DNA of 64,000 bases, from positions 22,755-86,754 of the forward strand of contig PLRV01000025.1 in NCBI GenBank assembly GCA_003164925.1. Direction: 5' to 3'. The notes beneath the pieces are model-generated. The model did not search any database. It worked only from the letters and a program-made list of their open reading frames with translations, and was not told the origin of the DNA. The position numbers and the translations under genes were made by a program. Source of the stretch: Caulobacteraceae bacterium (GTDB lineage: Bacteria; Pseudomonadota; Alphaproteobacteria; Caulobacterales; Caulobacteraceae). The stretch's first letter is position 1; the number at the start of each line of letters is the position of its first letter. Below are positions 14,717-24,406 of the stretch, one piece after another.

Positions 14717-14731
14717 CGCCGAGCTCGGCGC
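14716..14731. terminator. Perfect 16-nt GC palindrome between convergent genes (possible bidirectional stem-loop)
   Basis: GCGCCGAGCTCGGCGC starts at the last base of the gltB stop codon. There is no flanking U-tract, so its function as an intrinsic terminator is uncertain. Confidence 0.3.
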
Positions 14732-14764
14732 CCGCACCGGCGCGAAGAGGGCTTGGACAGCGCG

Positions 14765-15244
14765 CTATTCCACCGTTCGGCTCTCGAGGCTCGCGCCGAT
14801 CTGATCCAGCAGCCAGCCCGTGCCATGCTCACGGCTGCCGTTGTCGTCATAGCCGTCCAGATAGACGCCGTATTCGGTCAGGGTCAGCTTGGCGCCCGTT
14901 CCCTCGGGCCGTATCTCGATGGTGGCTTGCGACACCGAGATGGGAACACCGTCCAGCGCCATGCGGTAGGAATAGACGATCCGCTGGTCCGGCACGATGT
15001 CTTGGTAGACGCTGTGGAAGGCCGAAACCATGTTGTCATGGCTGGCGCCATGCTTGCCCACCAACACTTCCTGGCCGCCCACGCGGAAGTCGAATTGCCG
15101 CTCATGGGTCTCAAACCCGTCGGGGCCTGAAAACCACTTGGCCTTGGCCTGCTCGTCGGCGAAGGCCTTGAACACCCGCGCCGGGGCGTGAGGGTAAGTC
15201 CGCTCAAGGATGAAGGTGGCGTGGACCGCGCAACGCTGAGTCAT
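14765..15244 (-). CDS. SRPBCC / AHSA1 (START-like) domain protein
   Basis: 159 aa from ATG 15244. This ATG overlaps the arsR stop as ATGA. An ArsR + AHSA1 pair is a common operon. Confidence 0.7.
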   Translation of the reverse strand: MTQRCAVHATFILERTYPHAPARVFKAFADEQAKAKWFSGPDGFETHERQFDFRVGGQEVLVGKHGASHDNMVSAFHSVYQDIVPDQRIVYSYRMALDGVPISVSQATIEIRPEGTGAKLTLTEYGVYLDGYDDNGSREHGTGWLLDQIGASLESRTVE

Positions 15245-15600
15245 GACTTGTCTCCCTTGATCTGATCGTCGTCTCGCGTCTGATTGAGATAGTCGCCCAG
15301 GCGGTCCAGCCGCCGCTCCCAGCCGGTCCGGCGCTGATGGATCCATCGCTCGGCCTGCGACATGGCTGTGGCGTCAAGCACGCAGGAACGCACGCGGCCG
15401 ATCTTCTGTGTCTTCACCAGGCCTGAGGCTTCCAGCAGCTGCAGATGCTGCACCACCGCCGGCAGCGACATCGCCAGCGGCGCGGCCAGCTCGCTAACCG
15501 AAGCGGGCCCGTGGCTGAGGCGCTCGATCATTCCGCGCCGGCTGGGATCGGCCAGCGCCTGAAACATCAAGGTAAGCTCCGTAGCGCCCATTGAGGCCAC
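15241..15600 (-). CDS. ArsR/SmtB-family transcriptional regulator
   Basis: Winged HTH signature FQALADPSRRGMIERLSHGPASVSELAAPLAMSLPAVVQHLQLLEASGLV. The start is ambiguous: GTG 15600, ATG 15591 or ATG 15567. Confidence 0.8.
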   Translation of the reverse strand: MASMGATELTLMFQALADPSRRGMIERLSHGPASVSELAAPLAMSLPAVVQHLQLLEASGLVKTQKIGRVRSCVLDATAMSQAERWIHQRRTGWERRLDRLGDYLNQTRDDDQIKGDKS

Positions 15601-15606
15601 GCCAAT

Positions 15607-15628
15607 TAGTTAAGTTAATACTTAACTA
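15607..15628. promoter_or_regulatory. 22-bp perfect AT-rich palindrome, candidate ArsR-family operator
   Basis: TAGTTAAGTTAATACTTAACTA lies between the divergent arsR-like gene and the CDF exporter gene, in an otherwise GC-rich context. Confidence 0.55.
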
Positions 15629-15719
15629 TCACCCAGCCCTGACCTGGACAAGCGCCTTTTCGTCCCGCTGCGAGTCGTTCTCGCTGCCCCGCCGCGAACA
15701 CCGTCGCTATATTGTCGTC

Positions 15720-16718
15720 GTGCCCCACGACGCTCATCACGCCCTGTCGCCAGACGCCGCCGAGCCCGGCTCGACCGAGATCGGTCAGGCCACCGCCCTA
15801 ACGGCCCATGTCACCACCCTCTCGGTGGCCTGCGCGGCCGTGCTGATCGTGCTGAAGTTCGCCGCCTGGTGGTTCTCCGGCTCGGTGGCCATACTGGCGT
15901 CCCTGGCCGACTCGGGCCTGGATCTTCTGGCGGCCCTGCTCACCTTCGGCGCCGTGCGCTATGCGGCCGTTCCGCCGGATTCCGACCACCGCTACGGCCA
16001 CGGCAAAGCCGAGGCCTTCTCAAGCCTGATTCAATCGGGCTTGGTGTTCGCTTCGGCCGTCCTGATCGGCAAGGAAGCGGTGCAGCGCGTGCTGCATCCC
16101 CTCGCCCTGTCGCATCAGGGCGCCGCCATGACCGTGATGTTTGTCTCTCTGGCGCTGACCGGCCTGTTGGTCTGGTCCCAGACCCATCTGTTGAGCCAAA
16201 CCGCCTCGGTCGCCGTATCGGGAGACCGGACGCATTACATAGCGGACATTGCTTCCAACGTGGCCGCCCTGGCCGGCATCGCCGCTGCGACGCTCCTGAA
16301 TGCGCCCTGGATCGACGCCCTGGCCGGCCTTGCTGTGGCCGCGTGGCTGTTCGTCGGCGCCGTGGGGGTCTTCCGCAACAGCGCCGATCAGTTGCTGGAT
16401 CACGAACTGTCGACGCAGGCCCGCGATCGAATCCTTGCCCTGGTCTGCCAGGATCCGGCCATCATGCATGTCCACGAGCTGCGCACCCGCGCCTCGGGGC
16501 CCTATGTGCATATCCAGATGCACGCCGAATTGCCGCCTTCCATGACTTTGGAGCGGGCGCACCAGATCATCGTGGCCGCCGAGCGGCGCCTGCTGGAAAT
16601 TTATCCGGCGGCCGACATCCTGATCCATGCCGACCCCCACGGCCGAGCCGAACCGCATGGCGGGGCCTTCTCCGAGCATTATGAACACCTGGAAACGCCC
16701 GAAGAAACCACCGGGTAA
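15720..16718 (+). CDS. Cation diffusion facilitator (CDF) metal efflux protein
   Basis: Six TM segments with the CDF signature SVAILASLADSGLDLLA and HYIADIASN, plus a C-terminal cytoplasmic domain. The track start 15591 overlaps arsR. GTG 15720 is my guess for the start. Confidence 0.75.
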   Translation: MPHDAHHALSPDAAEPGSTEIGQATALTAHVTTLSVACAAVLIVLKFAAWWFSGSVAILASLADSGLDLLAALLTFGAVRYAAVPPDSDHRYGHGKAEAFSSLIQSGLVFASAVLIGKEAVQRVLHPLALSHQGAAMTVMFVSLALTGLLVWSQTHLLSQTASVAVSGDRTHYIADIASNVAALAGIAAATLLNAPWIDALAGLAVAAWLFVGAVGVFRNSADQLLDHELSTQARDRILALVCQDPAIMHVHELRTRASGPYVHIQMHAELPPSMTLERAHQIIVAAERRLLEIYPAADILIHADPHGRAEPHGGAFSEHYEHLETPEETTG

Positions 16719-16816
16719 ACGCGCCGTTAAGAGTGCAGGGGCCGTATTGGGCTGAACCCCTGGGCGGTGAGCTCAAGGGCTATGGCGCAATCATCGGGAC
16801 CCAATTACTGGGGCGC

Positions 16817-17503
16817 ATGAGCATCGAACGCACCCTCCATCACTTCCCGCTCGATCCCGCCTCGCGCCAGGCCCGTCTGGCCCTGGGCGAAAAGCGCTTG
16901 GCCTTCCGCGAGCAGGTCTCGCGCTATTGGGAGCTGCCGACCTCGCTCACCACCCTGAACCCGTCCGGACTGACGCCGGTGCTGGTGGAAAACAGGGAAG
17001 ACGGCCCGCTGGTGCTGTGCGAGACCCACGCGGTTCTGGAATACTTGGAAGAGGCTTATCCCGACCTGCCGCTGCTGTCTCAAAACCCGGCCGAGCGGGC
17101 CGAGGCGCGACGCCTGATGCACTGGTTCGACCGCAAGTTCGACGCCGAGGTCAATGGTCTGCTGCTGCACGAAAAGATGGAAAAGCGCCTCCTGAGCCTT
17201 GGGGCGCCCGAGCATGGGGCCATGCGGCAGGGACGCGAACAGCTGCGCGTGCACATGGGCTACATCGAGGACCTGCTGCAGAATCGCGGTTGGCTGGCTG
17301 GCCCTTCGCTCAGCCTGGGCGACTTCGCCGCCGCAGCCCACCTGTCGGTGATCGACTATTTCGGCGACGTGCCATGGAAGGACTTTCCCGCAGTCAAGAC
17401 CTGGTACATGAGGATCAAGTCGCGTCCGTGCTTTCGGCCACTTCTGGCCGACCGTTGGCCCGGCATGCCGCCGGCCGCGGACTATGACAACCTCGACTTC
17501 TGA
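16817..17503 (+). CDS. Glutathione S-transferase family protein
   Basis: A thioredoxin-like N-domain (HHFPLDPASRQARLALGEKRLAF...LNPSGLTPVLV) and an alpha-helical C-domain. ATG at 16817. Confidence 0.8.
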   Translation: MSIERTLHHFPLDPASRQARLALGEKRLAFREQVSRYWELPTSLTTLNPSGLTPVLVENREDGPLVLCETHAVLEYLEEAYPDLPLLSQNPAERAEARRLMHWFDRKFDAEVNGLLLHEKMEKRLLSLGAPEHGAMRQGREQLRVHMGYIEDLLQNRGWLAGPSLSLGDFAAAAHLSVIDYFGDVPWKDFPAVKTWYMRIKSRPCFRPLLADRWPGMPPAADYDNLDF

Positions 17504-18620
17504 ACCCCTGAAAGCCGCCATCAAGGGCCGAGCCGCGACGCTCGGGTTCGATGCCTGCGGTTTCGCGTCGGCGCAGGCGCCCTGGCCCGCCGGCGGCCGG
17601 CTGATGGACTTCATCGCCCTGGAGCGGCATGGGTCGATGGATTGGATGCAGACCACCGCCGAGCGCCGCGCCCATCCCACCGCCATGTGGCCGCAGGCCC
17701 GATCGGCCATTGTCCTGGGCCTCAATTACGGACCGGACCTAAATCCGCTGGACGCCTTGCAGGACCGCTCGCGCGCGGCGATTTCGGTCTACGCCCAGGG
17801 CGACGACTATCACGCGTTGATCAAGGGCCGGCTCAAGCAGCTGGGCCAATGGTTGGCGGCCGAGACCGGGTGCGAGCTAAAGGTGTTCGTCGACACCGCG
17901 CCCCTGATGGAAAAGCCCCTGGCCGAGCGGGCGGGCGTGGGCTGGCAGGGCAAGCACACCAATCTGGTCTCGCGTGAGTTCGGCTCGTGGCTGTTCCTGG
18001 GTTCGATCCTGACCACCTTGGCGCTGGAGCCGGACTCGCCCAGCGGGGAGCACTGCGGCGCCTGCCGCGCCTGCCTGGACATCTGCCCGACCCAGGCCTT
18101 TCCCGCGCCGTTCCAGCTCGATGCGCGGGCCTGCCTGTCCTACCTGACCATCGAGCACAAAGGCCCGATCCCTCACCGTTACCGGGTCCCCATGGGCAAC
18201 CGTATCTACGGCTGCGACGACTGCCTGGCGGTTTGCCCGTGGAACAAGTTCGCGCAGGCCGGACGCGAGCAGGCCCTGCATGCGCGCGAGACGCTCAAGG
18301 GACCGTCGCTGGCCGATCTCAGCGCCTTGGACGATGCGGCCTTCCGCGCCCTGTTCGCCAAGAGTCCTGTAAAGAGGATCGGCCGCGCCCGCTTCGTGCG
18401 CAACGTGCTCTACGCCATCGGCAACTGCGGTGATCCGGACCTAATCGCCGTGACGCGCGCAAGACTGGGTGACGAGGATGCTGATGTGCGCGGGGCGGCT
18501 ATCTGGGCGCTTAGCCGGCTGATGCCGCCCGACGCCTTCGCCGCGTTGGCCTCCCAACGCGCTCGTGACGAGGCTGACCCCGAAACGCGGAAGGAATGGT
18601 TTCAGGCGCCGTTGGCGTAG
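17484..18620 (+). CDS. queG: Epoxyqueuosine reductase
   Basis: 4Fe-4S motifs CGACRACLDICPTQAF and CDDCLAVCPWNKF, with C-terminal HEAT-like repeats. Confidence 0.9.
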   Translation: MTTSTSEPLKAAIKGRAATLGFDACGFASAQAPWPAGGRLMDFIALERHGSMDWMQTTAERRAHPTAMWPQARSAIVLGLNYGPDLNPLDALQDRSRAAISVYAQGDDYHALIKGRLKQLGQWLAAETGCELKVFVDTAPLMEKPLAERAGVGWQGKHTNLVSREFGSWLFLGSILTTLALEPDSPSGEHCGACRACLDICPTQAFPAPFQLDARACLSYLTIEHKGPIPHRYRVPMGNRIYGCDDCLAVCPWNKFAQAGREQALHARETLKGPSLADLSALDDAAFRALFAKSPVKRIGRARFVRNVLYAIGNCGDPDLIAVTRARLGDEDADVRGAAIWALSRLMPPDAFAALASQRARDEADPETRKEWFQAPLA

Positions 18621-19519
18621 TAGTCGACGTAGGCGTCCCAGAACCCCCCCTCGGACCAGCCGTAGGCGTGCGGGTCGAGCTGCTGACTGTTGGTCCGGAT
18701 GCGCGGCTCCTCGAAGCTCTGGCTATCCGCCAGGGTCAGGGCGCAGGCCCAGCCGGTTCTGGACGCGGTCTCGGCGGCCATCCGCTGGAAGAACGCACCG
18801 ACCGACCCCGCGTAGAAGGACGGCGAGACGTGGGCCCCCAACAGGCCTTCGCTGGCCGCCACATAGGTCCTGGCCAACAGATCCACCGGCACGTTGTCGC
18901 GCACATAGAAGGGGTGAGAAACGTGCGCCGGGCGACCCTCACGCCATGAGGTCATGACGAAGCGCTGGAACGTCTGGGCCTCGAACGGACCGAAGGGGTT
19001 GGGAACCACGAACTTGACGAAATCCAGGCCGGCGTCGTTGGCGGCCTGGGCAAGGGCGCGGGAAGTGAGGGTCTTGGACATGCCATAGGGGCTGAACGCT
19101 CGGCGCGGCTCTTCTCCCACGCCTTCGTCTTCCTCGAACACCGACCCGGTCAGCACCAGACGCCGCGCGCCGCAGGTCTTGAGCGCGGCCAAGGTGCGAT
19201 CGGCGTTGCGGGTGTTAGTCGCCACCGCCCCCGCCACATCGAAATCCGGCCGTTTATGGCCCGCCGCCTCCGCGCCGTGGTGGCACAGCACCTCGAACGG
19301 CCCGCGCCGGGCGACCAACTCAAGAAAGGCATCGGCGCCGAAGGGCGCACCGGGGACCACGTCGGCCACGGCCGCGACCCTGTCCAGCCGCGCTCGGCGC
19401 AAGGGATCTTCGTAACCTTCAGACCGCAGGGCGGCGACGACCTCGTGCCCGGCTTCGGCCAAGGCCTTGGCGAACCACATGCCGCTGAATGAGGACGCCC
19501 CGGTGAGAAGGATGCGCAT
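18602..19519 (-). CDS. NAD-dependent epimerase/dehydratase (extended SDR)
   Basis: MRILLTGASSFSG Rossmann motif and catalytic YGMSK. ATG at 19519. The 3' end overlaps queG convergently by 19 nt. Confidence 0.75.
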   Translation of the reverse strand: MRILLTGASSFSGMWFAKALAEAGHEVVAALRSEGYEDPLRRARLDRVAAVADVVPGAPFGADAFLELVARRGPFEVLCHHGAEAAGHKRPDFDVAGAVATNTRNADRTLAALKTCGARRLVLTGSVFEEDEGVGEEPRRAFSPYGMSKTLTSRALAQAANDAGLDFVKFVVPNPFGPFEAQTFQRFVMTSWREGRPAHVSHPFYVRDNVPVDLLARTYVAASEGLLGAHVSPSFYAGSVGAFFQRMAAETASRTGWACALTLADSQSFEEPRIRTNSQQLDPHAYGWSEGGFWDAYVDYYANGA

Positions 19520-19905
19520 GGAGATCTTTCCGCCAGGCTGGATGGCCAAATCGCCGCGTCAGGGCTTGACGGCGGGTCCTATACGCAAGCCGCCGCCGAT
19601 GAGCCAGACGGAAAAGCGTAACCTCTGGAGCTGGAGCTCCATGACGGCTATCCACGGTCATGACCCGGACCCAACCGTCAGGCGCCCTGGGCGCCAATCT
19701 CGGCTTTGCCGCCGTCCACGCTCAATGACGCCGATCTGATCCACACTGGGCTTTACGCCAGTGAATATGTCTGCGGCTTAATCAAAAGATCACGCAGCCA
19801 CGAAAGGCCGGCGCGTCGCGATAGGGTGGGGGATAGCTGCATGCTACCCGTCGGGGGCACGGCCAACGGCTCCGCAAGGGGCGGCCTCAGTCTTTGGAAT
19901 ACCCC

Positions 19906-21420
19906 ATGGCCATCGCCGCTCAAGCCAGCCGACGGAGCGCAGTCACCTTCGTTAAGTGGGTCATTCTCGCCTCCATCCCCCTGTCCCTGGTTCAACTCAT
20001 GCTCGGGGCCGATCCAGTGATTCTGCTGCTCTGCATCGCGACAGAAGCAGTTTGTTTGGCGCCTATTCTTCTGTACGGGCTCGAAAGGACAGTTGGGGTA
20101 CTGCTTTTATATGTCTGGCTAACCTTTTCTTTTAGTTCACTTGCCGCAAAAACCGTACTTCTTCAGCCAATAGAATCGAACTTATTCAATCCGTTTTTGA
20201 CATTTACAGCTCAACTTGCCGGCGCCTGTTGCATTTCTATAGCTGCATTTATTTCATATAATATCAAATTTCTGCACAAAAACTCAATTACGCCAGTTCT
20301 TGATCCAAAAATTCTCAGCATTTTGGGATTTATACTTTACATTACCGGAGCTGTTGGGTTTATTCTGTGTAGATTTTCAGGTCAAAATTCTATTACTTCA
20401 AATATTGGCAACATACTGAACCCACTTATCGGGTATGGCATTGTTTGTGAGATATCATCAACAATTGTAAGAACGCAAAGACGTAAAACATTTTCCATAT
20501 ATTCCATATTTATGCTCGCCGGAGTTTTGATTCTCGGTGTCGTCGGTAACTCGAAATCGGGAATTCTTCTGCCTGGACTTATTTATATACTTAGCATAAG
20601 CGCCTTTGGCGGACGACTTCGGTGGACGACCGTTTTCGCCGCCTTAATCTCTATAGCCCTCTTTTCAGAGTTTCTCTTTCCCGCGGTGCACATCGTTCGT
20701 AATTTTCGAGACCGCCTCAATCCCATCGAAGTGGCCGGCGCAACGATCGGAACAACATTTAGTTTGATCGTGGGGGATTCTCAGGCCTTAGCGGAAAAGG
20801 ATGCTCTGAATGCTGAAGCCGATGCCTCGCCGGACGCCTACCGCAACATCTACTTTGGCTCTAGGCAGGTTTGGCTCGACCGATTCGTCAACACCGGCGC
20901 CATCGACGCCGTCGCGCGCAGGCTCAGTTTTGACGGACCCTTCCTCGGTCTTGGACCCGTTGTCGGCGACACCTTGACCGGTTTGCTGCCCCAACAGCTC
21001 AACCCAAATAAATATACCGGAGTCCAGTTCGCGGATGGCGACGTGATCGCGCACGCCTATGGGCTTGAGGCTCGCGACGGACAGGGGGCCGCGACAGTCC
21101 CAATGCCCATAGAACTTTTCGCGGCGGATGGTTTTTTCGGCATATTTATTGTCGGAATACCGCTTATCACTTTGATTTTCGTTGAAGTAAATATGTTGGT
21201 ATTTGATTTTAAAAACAATCCATGGGGTGTTTGCTTTATAGTTTTTTACGGAATGTCGTTTTATGAAGCCACGCACGACATGTACGCCTTCATGGCGGCG
21301 CGCCAAATGCCGTTCGATTTCCTGGCCATCTCGCTTGCAATTATGTTGGCCACGACGATCAAACATGGGCTGCCCACGGCAGGTGCAAGCCGAGGCGCAA
21401 GGAGTTCCCCCGCCTTTTGA
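19906..21420 (+). CDS. Polytopic membrane protein, Wzy-like (putative polysaccharide repeat-unit polymerase)
   Basis: About 10-12 hydrophobic segments and one large hydrophilic loop (about aa 290-390). Very low GC with AT-rich codons. Adjacent to a Wzx-like flippase. Assigned by architecture only. Confidence 0.5.
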   Translation: MAIAAQASRRSAVTFVKWVILASIPLSLVQLMLGADPVILLLCIATEAVCLAPILLYGLERTVGVLLLYVWLTFSFSSLAAKTVLLQPIESNLFNPFLTFTAQLAGACCISIAAFISYNIKFLHKNSITPVLDPKILSILGFILYITGAVGFILCRFSGQNSITSNIGNILNPLIGYGIVCEISSTIVRTQRRKTFSIYSIFMLAGVLILGVVGNSKSGILLPGLIYILSISAFGGRLRWTTVFAALISIALFSEFLFPAVHIVRNFRDRLNPIEVAGATIGTTFSLIVGDSQALAEKDALNAEADASPDAYRNIYFGSRQVWLDRFVNTGAIDAVARRLSFDGPFLGLGPVVGDTLTGLLPQQLNPNKYTGVQFADGDVIAHAYGLEARDGQGAATVPMPIELFAADGFFGIFIVGIPLITLIFVEVNMLVFDFKNNPWGVCFIVFYGMSFYEATHDMYAFMAARQMPFDFLAISLAIMLATTIKHGLPTAGASRGARSSPAF

Positions 21421-21614
21421 CGCGTATTATGCGATCATTCGATGGTGAGAACCGCGCCGCTTGCCTGGAACACGATGGGTTTGGGCGGAATCGCCTAAAC
21501 GCTTATTAATCGTGTTCTAGATTCAAGTTTACGGAGGCGATTCAAACTTCAAGATGAAGCCATTAGCTCTAGGCGCAGCCGCCGCCGACCAAACGCCTTT
21601 GACGGAGATAGGGC

Positions 21615-22013
21615 TTGCCTGGGTATTTTGACGAGATAGAGGTCGGCCGTGTTGTGTCGCTGGGCGCAGCCGGATTGAATCAAAACGCGATAGAAGCCTT
21701 CGTCGAAGCTTTCGCACCGGCGTGGGATCCATCCGAGGGCGCTCCGGACGCCATGATCTATGCGGTTTGGGCCAAGCTCGACCTTGAAGCCTCCGCCACC
21801 TGGCCGCAGACCAAACGACTGGCGGTAGACGCCTTGCGCTGGGCGCGCAATCCGCCGGCGGGCGAACTGCTGCGCGGTCGGATGACGGTGCTGGGCAAGG
21901 ACCCGGTGGGACAGGATAAGGGCATCGTTATCGCACAGCACGATCTGCTCGATGAGGCCGGACGCCTAGTGTTTTCGTGCCTTACACGCAGCGTATTCGC
22001 CATGAAACCTTAG
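21615..22013 (+). CDS. Hotdog-fold protein (MaoC dehydratase-like)
   Basis: 132 aa. TTG start with a GGAGA SD 6 nt upstream. N-terminal YFDEIEVG resembles MaoC-like proteins. Confidence 0.5.
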   Translation: MPGYFDEIEVGRVVSLGAAGLNQNAIEAFVEAFAPAWDPSEGAPDAMIYAVWAKLDLEASATWPQTKRLAVDALRWARNPPAGELLRGRMTVLGKDPVGQDKGIVIAQHDLLDEAGRLVFSCLTRSVFAMKP

Positions 22014-22038
22014 CCGCATCATCAAGCAGGCGGACAAG

Positions 22039-23454
22039 ATGCAGCTTCATCAAAGACTGTCCCGCGGCCTGATTTCAAGCATTGCGGCGCGCGCCGTCGC
22101 CGTCGCGAGCCAGTTGGTCACCATTCCCCTCATGGCCAGGGCCTGGGGCGTGGATGTCTATGGCCAGTATCTGACCATGATCGCTGTGGCGTCCTATATC
22201 AACATCGCGACCTTGGGGGTTCATCAGGCTGCGATGGCGGAAATGGCCATCGCCTATGCCCGCAACGACAGGCAAGCCCACGGCAACGCCTTGCGCGGCC
22301 TGTCTCAATCCGTGCTCGCCGTTACCCTCCTTTGTGTCGTGGTGCAGATCGTTCTGGCCTACGCCCTGCCCACCAAGGCGCTGTTGCACCAGGGGACGGG
22401 CGGCGGCGTTCACTACGTCGCCTCTAACGCGATATTTCTCATCGGGATCCAGTACATCCTGCTGGCCAATATCGGCGTGGTCACCAACGCCATCGCAGCG
22501 CTGGGTCACTATGGCGAGGCCCAGGCCTTCGACACAATCCGCACCGCTATCGACTCCCTATGCTTGTGGAGTTGCGCCATCGCCCTCCACTTCGGCCCCG
22601 ACCTGACGGCGCTGGTCAGCGTGGCCCTCTCCACGCTGACCCTCGCCCTAGCCTGGCGGCGTTTCGCCAAAACTGCGCCGGAGGGGCTTCGCCTTTGGGG
22701 CGGCGTCGACTGGCGGGCTTTCGCCCGACTTTGGGAGCCGACCATGGGCAACTTCGCCGTCGGCACCATGTTCCAGACCGTGATGATCCAGGCGCCCCGC
22801 CTGATCCTCGCATCGGTGGCCGGCGGCAGCGCCGTGGCGTTGTTTTCCATCATCTGGGCGCTACTGGGCATGATCCGGCAGTCCTTCGAAGTGGTTATTC
22901 ATTCCATGACGGTGGAGTTCGCCTTTGCATTCGGCGCGGGCGACAAGACCCTGGCGACCGACCTGCTTGCCCTGGGCACGACGACCGCCGCGGGCTTCAC
23001 CGCGGCGGCTTGTGTTCCCGCCATCGCCCTGGGGCCTTGGATCATCAGCTTGGCGACGAAAGGGCAGATTCACGCCCAACACCTATTGATCGGCGTGCTG
23101 TGGAGCGGGCTGGCGATCTATTCCGCCTCAATTTGCTTCCTGGCTGCCTTGCAGTCGTCGAACCAGTCCTATCGCACCGTTTGGCCATTGTTCTGGCGAT
23201 CGGCGGCGTTCGTGGGTCTGGCCTATGCCATGACGCGCGTGTGGGGGATCTATGGGCTGGCAGCCTCGGTCGTCCTGTATCAGGGCAGCGTGGCGATCGT
23301 TCTGGTCACCGGCACGTGCCGCGCCTTTGGCATACGCATCCGCGACATCGTGAATGAGGCGCTGAGCTTGCGCTCGATCAAGCGCATGCTGGACATGGTC
23401 ATAAAGCCGTTACTCAAGCGCTGGTTGCCAAATCCAGTGCGCGGCTCGGCCTGA
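22039..23454 (+). CDS. MOP-superfamily polysaccharide flippase (Wzx-like)
   Basis: 471 aa with about 12-14 TM segments. The N-terminal pattern ARAVAVASQLVTIPLMARAWGVDVYGQY is typical of polysaccharide biosynthesis/flippase proteins. Confidence 0.65.
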   Translation: MQLHQRLSRGLISSIAARAVAVASQLVTIPLMARAWGVDVYGQYLTMIAVASYINIATLGVHQAAMAEMAIAYARNDRQAHGNALRGLSQSVLAVTLLCVVVQIVLAYALPTKALLHQGTGGGVHYVASNAIFLIGIQYILLANIGVVTNAIAALGHYGEAQAFDTIRTAIDSLCLWSCAIALHFGPDLTALVSVALSTLTLALAWRRFAKTAPEGLRLWGGVDWRAFARLWEPTMGNFAVGTMFQTVMIQAPRLILASVAGGSAVALFSIIWALLGMIRQSFEVVIHSMTVEFAFAFGAGDKTLATDLLALGTTTAAGFTAAACVPAIALGPWIISLATKGQIHAQHLLIGVLWSGLAIYSASICFLAALQSSNQSYRTVWPLFWRSAAFVGLAYAMTRVWGIYGLAASVVLYQGSVAIVLVTGTCRAFGIRIRDIVNEALSLRSIKRMLDMVIKPLLKRWLPNPVRGSA

Positions 23455-23474
23455 CCTGCGCCTAGAGCAAGATG

Positions 23475-23510
23475 CGATCAGCCTGCATTGAGCTGATCGT
23501 TGAATCTTGT
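23475..23510 (+). terminator. Putative intrinsic terminator after the flippase gene
   Basis: An 8-bp stem CGATCAGC/GCTGATCG with a 9-nt loop, followed by the T-rich stretch TTGAATCTTGT. Confidence 0.45.
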
Positions 23511-23517
23511 CCTGACT

Positions 23518-24327
23518 CTAGACGTTCGCCGCCACCGGCGCACGGGGGCGCAGCATGGCCTTGACGATCAGACGATCCCAGCCGAGCAGCGACACTAGGT
23601 GGGCGTAGATCTGCGCCAGGGCGCCGTTGTCGCGCAGCTCGATGAATTTTTCCGGCGGCAGGGCGTTCAGCTTCTGCTCCGACACGCCCAGGTATTCGGC
23701 GATGACCTGGGGCTCCTGGGCCGCGCCATTGACCGGAGGCGGCGTGAAGAAAGCCTTCTTGGTTTCCAGCAGATCCAGTTCAGTCAGCAACTTGACGAAG
23801 GATTCCGTGCGCTGGCGCTCGCTTTCGAAGGTGTTGCAGAACTCCACCGCGTTCTTGGTATAGTCGCTGAGCTCCCCATTCACGAAGAACGGCGACTCGG
23901 GCTTGCTGGTGATCATCGGCGCGTTGCGGTCGATGCACACGACCATCCGTTGAGCCTGCTCGTCGTTGGCCAACACGAACGGATAGCGCCGAACATAGGC
24001 CGGCAGGTAGCAGTCGGGGGCGTAGGCGCCCTGCGCATCCACGAATAGGTTCTCGTTGCCGTTCACGCCCAACACGGCTACCGGAGTCTTATCCGCGCCG
24101 ACAAAAATGATTGGATAGCAAAGGGCCGCGGGCGCGAACTCGGTCACGAGCAGAGGCACCAGATGGGTGGTCGCCGTGAAAGCGTAGGGATGCTCGGTCG
24201 GCTTAAGGCCAAGATCGCCGTGAGCTTCCTTGGACAGGGGCTCAGGCCGCGAATAGAACAGCACTTCGCCTGTAAGCTGGGCCTGGGCAAAGCCTGCCGT
24301 ATCGGTCATTGGAAAATCCTGGCGCAT
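23518..24327 (-). CDS. SapC-family protein
   Basis: The motif pattern FYSRPEPLSKEAHGDL...YPIIFV...LPAYVRRYPF is typical of SapC. It lies downstream of a TonB-dependent receptor. ATG 24309 is an alternative start. Confidence 0.7.
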   Translation of the reverse strand: MRQDFPMTDTAGFAQAQLTGEVLFYSRPEPLSKEAHGDLGLKPTEHPYAFTATTHLVPLLVTEFAPAALCYPIIFVGADKTPVAVLGVNGNENLFVDAQGAYAPDCYLPAYVRRYPFVLANDEQAQRMVVCIDRNAPMITSKPESPFFVNGELSDYTKNAVEFCNTFESERQRTESFVKLLTELDLLETKKAFFTPPPVNGAAQEPQVIAEYLGVSEQKLNALPPEKFIELRDNGALAQIYAHLVSLLGWDRLIVKAMLRPRAPVAANV

Positions 24328-24406
24328 GAAAGGTGCGGCCCGTCCGCACTCTGGGCGCTTCTATCGGATCACCGGACGGGGAGCAATCACCCCGAAGCCC
24401 GCGCGC

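Noticed and set aside
16805-17725. 306-aa minus-strand ORF
   Set aside because: It is antisense to the GST and queG genes and has no recognisable domain.
21541-21620. 25-aa ORF (MKPLALGAAAADQTPLTEIGLAWVF) upstream of the hotdog gene
   Set aside because: The SD spacing is too long (about 17 nt), the ORF is very short, and nothing supports it. I did not call it.
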